Source: Prasinococcaceae sp. CCMP 1430
Lineage: Eukaryota > Plantae > Prasinodermophyta
DNA length: 27,872 nt
Direction of reading: 5' to 3'
Assembly (NCBI GenBank): GCA_013416795.1
Contig: RQSC01000141.1
Location: 1 to 27,872, forward strand
Shown here: positions 17,601 to 24,753 of the stretch, in pieces
Layout: each line of letters opens with the position of its first letter
Numbering within the stretch: the first letter of the stretch is position 1
Position numbers and translations under genes: made by a program
Notes under the pieces: model-generated
The model's input: only the letters and a program-made list of their open reading frames with translations
What the model was told of the DNA's origin: nothing
Databases searched by the model: none

Positions 17601-18751
17601 GGCGCGAGGCGACGAACTCCTTGCGCGCTTTCAGTGACAGGTCGGGCGGACAAGCTCTCCCCCCCTCCCTGACCGCGCCCAGCCGCCGGCGGGGGAGGAC
17701 AAAATGCACTGGCAGACGCCTGCTGTGCAGTAGGCACAAACCTCCCGACGGGTGACCTGAAAACGCCATGAGCGCGATCCGCCCCGGAAAAAACGCCTGC
17801 GTTTTCACCTGCCGTCCGTCGCCGCGTCCTCCCGAAGGTCGAAACGCACGCGTTTCCGACCGAGAAAACTCGTATCAAAGCGCATGCGATCAGGCCGGGG
17901 GACGGCTTTGGGTGGATTCGCAAAGATGCTGAGGATTCCATTGAATCCCATTCGTGACATGAAAGTGAGGCGCGCGCGATTTGAAGGGATTCGATCCTTT
18001 CGAATCGCGAACGCGCACGTGCCGCCGCCGCCGCGGCGCGGCGCCACCGGTTAGGGTTACGATTTTGAGGTACTGTACGATTGAAACGTAATTAGGGTCC
18101 GAAATGCCCCGTGCGCGCGCATGCGCGTGCTGATGGTGCTCTCGTTTTGGTTTTGGGCTGCGCCTGTCTGTGCCGAGTTTGAAAAACGAGCTCCCGTTCA
18201 AAAGTCGCCCGGCGCGAGGAGGGGGGGCAGAGGGCGTGCGCCTGTCGGGGGCGGGGCGGGCTGCGTGGGAGGAGGTCAGCCTCGCGAGCGTGCCGGAGCG
18301 GCGGCGGGCGGCCCTCCTGCCGCCGCCGCCGCCGCCGGGCGGCGCGATCCCGGGGGAACTGGAACCCTCGCCCACGGGAGAGCTGCTCCCTAAACCCTAA
18401 TCGTACCCCTAACCCCACCAGATGAGATCAAAACGCAAGCGAACAGGGTGGGGACGCGGGGCGCCTCCGAAGGCCTCCGCGATTGATTGATTTTAGGACC
18501 CTATTTTACCTCACCCGAATTCGGATCCGTACCGTAACCTACGGTCCCTGCAGCCTCTCTCTCTCTCTCTCTCTCCTCACCATCATCATCGGCGACGCGC
18601 TCCGCGCGCGCGCGCCCGCCGGCCGGCGGTTTCGATTTCGGCGCGCGCGCGCCGCGAATTGGCGGAACACGCGGCGAGCGCGGCGCTCACCTTTTCGCGC
18701 GCGCGCGCGCGCACCCGTGGCCGGGGCGGCAGCGGCGGGCGCGCACCAGCG
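17601..18751. promoter_or_regulatory. Divergent intergenic region (probable bidirectional promoter) with telo-box-like motifs, a G-run cluster and a CT microsatellite
   Basis: Lower GC than the flanking CDS. TTAGGGTT at 18051, TTAGGGT at 18092, CCCTAAACCCTAA at 18388-18400, CCCCTAACCC at about 18407-18415. G-runs at 18221-18260. Lies between head-to-head genes. Confidence 0.65.
18555..18575 (+). repeat. (CT)10 microsatellite / pyrimidine patch upstream of the glutaredoxin-like gene
   Basis: Read directly from the sequence. Confidence 0.9.
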
Positions 18752-19063
18752 ATGGGGACAACGTCGGTGGTGCTGTACACGTCGTCGATGTGCGCGATGA
18801 TGAAGCAGAAGGCGGACATCAGCAAGACGCGCCAGCTGCTCCAGGCGAAGAAGGTGGACTTCACCGAGCTCGACGTGGCGTCCGACGCGCAAGCGCGCCA
18901 GGCGATGGCCAGCGCGAGCGGCCGCAAGACGCTGCCGCAGGTGCACGTCAACGGCAAGGACATCGGCGACTCGGACGCCATCCAGGAGATGGAAGACTTT
19001 GGAGAGCTCGACGCCGTGCTCAGGGGCGAGACGCCACAGCCGCCGCCAGTCGCGGCCGACTGA
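18752..19063 (+). CDS. SH3BGR-like / glutaredoxin-like thioredoxin-fold protein (103 aa), no CxxC
   Basis: VVLYTSS..KQK..LLQAKKVDFTELDVASD..R..M..SGRKTLPQVHVNGKDIGDSDAIQEMEDFGELDAVL. ATG at 18752 within the longer track ORF. Confidence 0.85.
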   Translation: MGTTSVVLYTSSMCAMMKQKADISKTRQLLQAKKVDFTELDVASDAQARQAMASASGRKTLPQVHVNGKDIGDSDAIQEMEDFGELDAVLRGETPQPPPVAAD

Positions 19064-19280
19064 GGCGCCGCGCGCCGAGCGGCTCGCTCACGCGAGAGGG
19101 GGCCTCAAGCGCCCCCATCCTCCCCCATTCCTCCCACCCCACACGCACCTCACCCCCGCCGCGCTGGAAAGGGCGCGTGCGGGGGGCTCTAATATAACAC
19201 GAGTGGGCGCCTTGCCTCTCCCCCAGCTCTCCGGTAGCGTCCGAGCAGACGCGCGCGCCGCCGTGTGGGAGTCGCGTACT

Positions 19281-19285
19281 TTACA
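19281..19285 (-). terminator. TGTAA polyadenylation signal (ABC1K gene)
   Basis: TTACA on +, about 40 nt after the stop at 19325. Confidence 0.55.
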
Positions 19286-19324
19286 TACATGCGAGCGCGT
19301 GCGCCTTGTGTCATCGCCCGTGCC

Positions 19325-22300
19325 TCAAAAGTCGAGAGGCACGCCGATGCCTAGCTCGATGGCGAGGAGCGTGGCGAGCTTGGTGACGTGGAGGTTGTCG
19401 GGCGTGAGCGTGTTCGAAACAACGGCGATGCCCACGCCGTCGACGCCGAACGCCGCCGCGCCGCGGCCGATGCGGCCGATGCCGGACTTGTCCTCGCTCG
19501 ACTCCACGTCGGCGAACGCGAGCACCTGCTGTCCGTCGCAAGACCATCTCGCCGCGCGCAAGCCGTCGCTGGCGGGCGTCTCCGATACGGCCACGCGAGA
19601 CGCGCCCTCACGCGCCCCCGACAGCTCCGCGTACAGCCTCGCGAGCGCCCGAGCGCTCGACCACACGTTGGCCGACGGCTGGCAGGCCGCGCGCACGCGC
19701 GGGCGGTTGAACATGCGCGGCTCGAGCAGCCACTCGCCGCCGTGCATTGCCGCCTCCATGCCCACCCCTAGCTCCGCCGCGCGCGCGCTCAGCGCGGCGA
19801 GCGCGGCTTCGCCCACGCCCGCGGCCTCGAGCGCCGTCACGCGCGTAGTCTGCGGCCCGAGTCGAGACTGAATTCTCGCCAAGTTCGTCGACGCGCCCGA
19901 CTCGTCGGGCGCGCCGAAAAGCAGTTCGCCTTGCAGCTCCTCGCCGAGCGTCGGTCCGAACTCCTCCCGCAGCGACGCGCGCACAGCCTCAGCGGTGGGC
20001 GCGAGCTCACCGCACGCGGCGCTGACGATTCCCGCCGCGACGTGCCCCAAGGTGTAGTGGTGCACCGCGCCCTCCGCCAGCGGCCTCTCTTCCCTGCTCT
20101 CGCTCGCATCCGCACCTGAGGGCGCGCCGGCGGGGGCGGCGGCCGCCACCGCCGCCGCGCACGCGCCGATGTCGCCCACCCCAACTGCACCGCCCTCTCC
20201 GTTGCTGGCCTGCGGCACGAAATGGGCGGGCAGCGCGCCCTCCAACCCCGCGGTGTGCGAGAGAACGTTTGCCATCGTCACGCGCTCTTTTCCGGCGTCC
20301 CCGAACGCGGCCCATGTGCTTGCGACGGGCGAGTTCGTGTCCACCCCGGCGCGTGCGAGCGCTCGCCTCGCCCACGCGGCGCACACCGCCTCGCCCACGT
20401 TGCTGACGTGGAAGAGCGTCGAGGGCAGGACGTCGCCGCCGTCGACGAAGTCCATCACACCCCCAGACAGATCGAGGATCAACTCTCCCGCACCGCCCTC
20501 GCCGTTCGCGTCGAAGACAGCAATCTGTACGCCGAGCCCCTCGTCCTGCGCCAGCAGGTTCTGCATTATGGCAGCAGCCACGCGCTCGGCGCCGAGCGCG
20601 CGGTCCGCGACGCTCGCCGACCACGAGCGGCCGGCGTTGGCCGCGAAGAGCGAGCGCGGGCTGGGTGCGCCCTCGTCGATCACGAGCGACAGCCGTTGCT
20701 TGCTGGGAGGGCTCAAACAGTCCATCATGTTGGCCGGCGGTGACCGAGGCGGGTTCGGCGAGGTGCGGCGCAGCGCCTCCAGGGCGGAGGGGGCGAAGAG
20801 CGTCATCGGAGACACGCGCACACCCAGCGTCGCGCAGCAGCCCTTGAAGGTCAACACCGTCGAGGCGAAGGGCAACAACTCAGTGGGGAAGCTCACGCGC
20901 GACTGTTTGGCGTGCGAGCGCCCCTTCTCCTTGCGGAGCGCACGGTCCTGCTTCGCCCAGCGCATGTACTCGCGCTTGAGCTCACGCTGCTGCTCGTAGT
21001 GCGCGGTGTCACTCAGCAGCAGGCGCACGCTCTTGAGCATGCGGGGCAAGTCCGACATGCGCCCGGCCTTGTCATCGCCGCCGTCCGCGCGGATGCCTAG
21101 CGCGTCGAAGGCAGCCCCGACAGCGGCGGCGTCGTTGGTGGCAGCCGCGTGCACCAGCAGCGCAAAGCCGCGCACTTGGCCCTCTGTGAAGCTCGCCGTG
21201 TTTCCGAAGTCAATGAGGTACGGCGTCGCACCCGGGGCATCGTAAGTTGAGGACGAAATCGACGAGTCGTCGCCGCCCGCGGCCTCGGCCGCGGCCTCGG
21301 CCTCGGCCTCATTGGGCTTGAGAAGTATGTTCCCGGGATGCAAGTCGGCGTTCCAGATGCCGAGCTCGAAAAATTGGCACGCGAGCGACCGCCCGATAGC
21401 CTCGCACGTCGCCTCGCGGTCGACGCCGTACTCGCGCAGCGCCTCCTCGTCGGTGAGCTTGAACGCGTTCGAGATGAATTCCATGATCAGTACCTCGCGG
21501 TGCGCCGACACCAGCCGCGGCGCCCTGCAGCCCGTGCTCGCGATGCCCACGCGCACTCGCTCCATGGCGTGCCCCTCCTGCTCGAGGTCAAGCTCCCTCT
21601 CGACGGTGCTGCAGATGTACTCGGCGAGCTCGCGCCGGTCGTGGTCCGGCCAGATCCACGCGACCGCGCGGGCGAGCGCTCGCGTGAAGAACATGTCCTG
21701 CCGGAAGAGCGGCTCCACCCCGCGCTTGCGCACCTTGACGGCCACTTCGACGCCTCCCACGGTCACGGCGCGGTGGACCTGCGCGATGCTCGCCGACCCC
21801 ACGGGCGTCGCATCGAACTCATCGAAGGAATCCTCGATGCGCGCGACGCCCAGCGCCTCGCACACGGAGGCTTGGATCTCTTCCGTGGGCCGCGGCGGCA
21901 CGGCGTCCTGCAGCGCCGCCAGCGGGCGCACGAGAACGGCGGGCATCGTGTCGGGCCTCGCACTCATGCTCTGCCCCATCTTGATCCACATGCCGCCCTG
22001 GTCCACGCAGAAGTCGAGCAATCGCTCGCCCCACCACGCGTGCACGCGCTCCCACAGCTTGGCCGCGCGTTCCTCGTCGAGCCGGTCAGCCGCGCGCCGC
22101 GCGAGCGCAAAGTCGGGGATGATGCGCGCGTACAGCCCCAGCGTCGCCAGCGCGCGGTCCAGCAACCCGCCGTCGTAGCGGCTGATCGTCGACATGAGCC
22201 CGAGGGAGCCCACGCACCCCACCGTCATGCGGAGCCAGTGGGCGATGACGGTCTCGAGCACCGCCGGCAGCGCCGGCCCGGCGATGAGCACCGCGACGCC

Positions 22301-22639
22301 CGCCAGCAGCCCGCGCGTGCGCCAGGTGAGGAGCGGCGGCGGTGGCGGTGCGGGGATGCGCGCGGCGTCGCGGGAGGCAGCCGCCGCGCGCTCGCCGGCC
22401 TCCTCTGCCGCGGCGCGCGCGGCCGCCAGCTCCGTCTCGAGCTCGAGCAGTCGCTCCTCGAAGCGGTCGAGGCTGAGCACCGCGGCGCTCGAATCTGCGG
22501 CGCCCTTCGACGGCGCGAGCGCGACGGCGCCCCTCTCGTCGCCCCTCAGCCCCCGGAGGGCCATGAGTGCGCCCATGTCGCCGCGCACGCGAACGTCGCC
22601 GCGCCCCGCCGCTCTGCGCAGGCTCATCATCGCGCGCAT
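19325..22639 (-). CDS. ABC1/UbiB atypical kinase fused to a C-terminal beta-lactamase-like domain
   Basis: GGMWIKMGQ, LAALQDAVPP, FDATPVGSASIAQVHRA, VAVKV, ERELDLEQE, VLIMEFI, NADLHPGNIL, LIDFG. Then GLGVQIAVF, WAAFGDAGKERVTMANVLSHTAGL. The start at 22639 (MRAMMSLRR) is inferred; the frame is continuous with TerC upstream. Confidence 0.88.
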   Translation of the reverse strand: MRAMMSLRRAAGRGDVRVRGDMGALMALRGLRGDERGAVALAPSKGAADSSAAVLSLDRFEERLLELETELAAARAAAEEAGERAAAASRDAARIPAPPPPPLLTWRTRGLLAGVAVLIAGPALPAVLETVIAHWLRMTVGCVGSLGLMSTISRYDGGLLDRALATLGLYARIIPDFALARRAADRLDEERAAKLWERVHAWWGERLLDFCVDQGGMWIKMGQSMSARPDTMPAVLVRPLAALQDAVPPRPTEEIQASVCEALGVARIEDSFDEFDATPVGSASIAQVHRAVTVGGVEVAVKVRKRGVEPLFRQDMFFTRALARAVAWIWPDHDRRELAEYICSTVERELDLEQEGHAMERVRVGIASTGCRAPRLVSAHREVLIMEFISNAFKLTDEEALREYGVDREATCEAIGRSLACQFFELGIWNADLHPGNILLKPNEAEAEAAAEAAGGDDSSISSSTYDAPGATPYLIDFGNTASFTEGQVRGFALLVHAAATNDAAAVGAAFDALGIRADGGDDKAGRMSDLPRMLKSVRLLLSDTAHYEQQRELKREYMRWAKQDRALRKEKGRSHAKQSRVSFPTELLPFASTVLTFKGCCATLGVRVSPMTLFAPSALEALRRTSPNPPRSPPANMMDCLSPPSKQRLSLVIDEGAPSPRSLFAANAGRSWSASVADRALGAERVAAAIMQNLLAQDEGLGVQIAVFDANGEGGAGELILDLSGGVMDFVDGGDVLPSTLFHVSNVGEAVCAAWARRALARAGVDTNSPVASTWAAFGDAGKERVTMANVLSHTAGLEGALPAHFVPQASNGEGGAVGVGDIGACAAAVAAAAPAGAPSGADASESREERPLAEGAVHHYTLGHVAAGIVSAACGELAPTAEAVRASLREEFGPTLGEELQGELLFGAPDESGASTNLARIQSRLGPQTTRVTALEAAGVGEAALAALSARAAELGVGMEAAMHGGEWLLEPRMFNRPRVRAACQPSANVWSSARALARLYAELSGAREGASRVAVSETPASDGLRAARWSCDGQQVLAFADVESSEDKSGIGRIGRGAAAFGVDGVGIAVVSNTLTPDNLHVTKLATLLAIELGIGVPLDF

Positions 22640-22645
22640 CGTTGA

Positions 22646-23569
22646 CAGGCCGATGATGGCGCAGATATTGCTAGTGTACACCACAGCTGCGGACTGCGTG
22701 ATGGAGAAGATGGCTGGGATGCTGTCGAGGGCGAAGACGACATCGCACGCCTCGACCGCCACGAGCGCCACCAGCAGCGGCGTGCCCACCAGCTTGCCCT
22801 TCTCGCGCGTGAAGAACGCGTCCTTCTCGAAGCGCGTTGTCACCGGGACGACTCGCTTCAGCAGGCGCACAGCGTGCCCCGCCGTCGCGTTTTCCTCCTC
22901 CTCGTCGTCGTCCGACAACACGAGCTTGGCCGCCGCATAGACCAGCAGCACGCCGAAGAGGTCCAACACCCACGAGAACCTCGCGACCAGCGTGCCACCT
23001 GCGAAGATGAACGCCGCCCGCATGACCATGGCAGAGCAGATGCCCACGTTGAGTACTCTCCTCTGCAGGCTCGATTTGATGGCAAAGGTCTTGAAGGAGA
23101 GCATAATGACGAACAGATTGTCGCAGGAGAGCGTGAGCTCCACCACGTAGCCGCAGAGGAACTCGGCGGCCGGTGCCGCACCGCCCGCCCAGAAGACGTA
23201 CGCGGCCACCGCAAGCGACACGCAGACGCAGACGGCGCTCCACGCCGCCGCCAGTCGCGCCGCAGCTGCCGCCGTCCCCGCTGCGCCCCCACCGGCGCCC
23301 ACGCGCGCCCGGCCGACGTACAGCAGGTCGACGGCCACGCAGCAGATCACGAGTGCGTGGAAGGCCAACCAGAAGAGCGCGCCCGGCGCGAACGTGTCCC
23401 TGGCGCCGCCCGCGGGGGTCCCGGGTCGCGCCAGGGGCGCCGGGGCCCTGTCGCCAACGCCGTACGCGGACAGCCGGTAGCGCCGGCTTAGGGGCGCGCC
23501 GTCACCAAGCGCGTGGTGAGCTTCCACCCCATGCGAGTACACGTCGCCGCCAATGCCCCATGACGCCTG
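22646..23569 (-). CDS. terC: TerC/Alx-family membrane protein, missing its N-terminus (gap) and its normal C-terminal helices
   Basis: EFLCGYVVELTLSCDNLFV, QRRVLNVGICSAMVMRAAFIFAG, TPLLVALVAVEACDVVFALDSIPAIFSITQ..VVYTSNICAIIGL. Family similarity stops at IIGL. Confidence 0.85.
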
Positions 23570-23570
23570 N
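23570..23570. other. Assembly gap (single N) between divergent TerC and YchJ genes
   Basis: N at 23570. Both flanking genes lack their 5' ends. Confidence 0.9.
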
Positions 23571-23745
23571 CCCCCTTCTGCGCGCGGCACCGTGGGAGAG
23601 GTGGCGTGCGTACGCGCGCGGCTGCGGTCGCGCGGCGAGGCGAGGCGAGGCGAGGCGCCCGCGCTGACAGCGAGCGCTGCGGACGTCGCGCCGCACGCGC
23701 GCGTACGCACGCCACCTCTCCCACGGTGCCGCGCGCAGAAGGGGG
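23571..23745. repeat. Perfect 50-bp inverted repeat (arms 23571-23620 and 23696-23745, 75-bp spacer) abutting the gap
   Basis: cccccttctgcgcgcggcaccgtgggagaggtggcgtgcgtacgcgcgcg is the exact reverse complement of 23696-23745. Confidence 0.92.
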
Positions 23746-24415
23746 GCTTCGGTGCGGCCAAGACCAAGGTCGGCCCCGAGCCGTGCCCGTGCGGCGCGTC
23801 GGACGCTCCATACAAGAAGTGCTGCGCGCCGTACCACGAGGGCAAGGCCTTCCCCCCGACCGCCGAGAAACTCATGCGTTCGCGCTACACTGCCTTCGTG
23901 AAGAAGAAGATCAAGTACCTGGTGGCCACCACACACCCGCTGCACCCCACGTACAACGGCATGCGCCTGGACAGCGGCGAGGTGCAGAGCACGCTCGCGG
24001 AGGACCTCAAGGTGCGTGCGCACATCCGTGTCTGCTCAGCGCGGGTGCGCCAGTGCGCGCGCAAGCGCGCACGCGCGTGCTTGCGAAGGCAGCGCCCTAA
24101 TTCTCGCGAACGCGCACGCGCGGCATGGCTTTGCGCGCACAGGCCACCGCCGATACGGCCATCTTCCTCGGCCTTGAAATCCTGGAGACCTCGGGCGGCG
24201 GTGAGAGCGACGATGAGGGCGAGGTGTACTTTGAGTCCAAGTTCACCATTGGCCGGCAGCGCGGGTTCCGCCAGCGCGGCAAGAAGGACGCGCCGCAGTC
24301 CATTCGAGAGCGGTCCAAGTTCATCCGCATGCCGCCTGCCGAGGGCGAGGAAAAGGGCAAGTGGATATACAGGGAGGGCACGCCCGAGGGAGAGGGGTAT
24401 ACCAGATACGACTGA
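23739..24415 (+). CDS. ychJ: YchJ / SEC-C motif (UPF0225) protein; model join(<23739..24011,24143..24415), first exon(s) lost in the gap
   Basis: SEC-C motif CPCGASDAPYKKCC, then TAEKLMRSRYTAF, ERSKF and WIYREG. Phase-0 intron AAG|GTGCGT..CTAAT..CACAG. Upstream acceptor GCGCAG at 23738. Confidence 0.88.
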
Positions 24416-24753
24416 AGCGCAGATACTTCGGGGGCGGCGTGACGCGTTGCGTGCTGATGTCGGTATGTTACGCGGCGAGCGTCAGGTAGTGGTGTAGATT
24501 GGTAAAGCGTGACTAATATGCTGGTATGCGACGCCGACGTCGCGAGTGCATGATGTCCAGGTAGAGTAGTAATGAGGGCGCAGATAGGTCTAAAACTAAA
24601 AGTCGAGCCCGACATGCTTGGTGTGATGTGCACGCGGTGGCCTGTTGTGCGTGCGTTGCGAATGTCCCACGTGCGCGCGCGCACGTCGATCCCGAGTACG
24701 CGTCCCATTCGACGTCCCTCAGTCGGGGTGCTCATTGCGGAGAGTCTATGTGA

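Noticed and set aside
17960-18060. Complete tRNA gene
   Set aside because: A/B-box-like words are present, but there is no acceptor or anticodon stem.
18388-18415. Interstitial telomere or chromosome fusion scar
   Set aside because: At most two adjacent units, scattered in promoter DNA; better explained as telo-boxes.
18516-18529. CGAATTCGGATCCG (adjacent EcoRI and BamHI sites) as vector polylinker contamination
   Set aside because: Only 14 bp, and the flanks contain no further polylinker sites; likely chance.
19325-23875. 1516-aa ORF taken at face value
   Set aside because: It crosses the N at 23570 and its first about 100 aa are antisense to YchJ and its intron. The TerC-ABC1K junction is treated separately as a finding.
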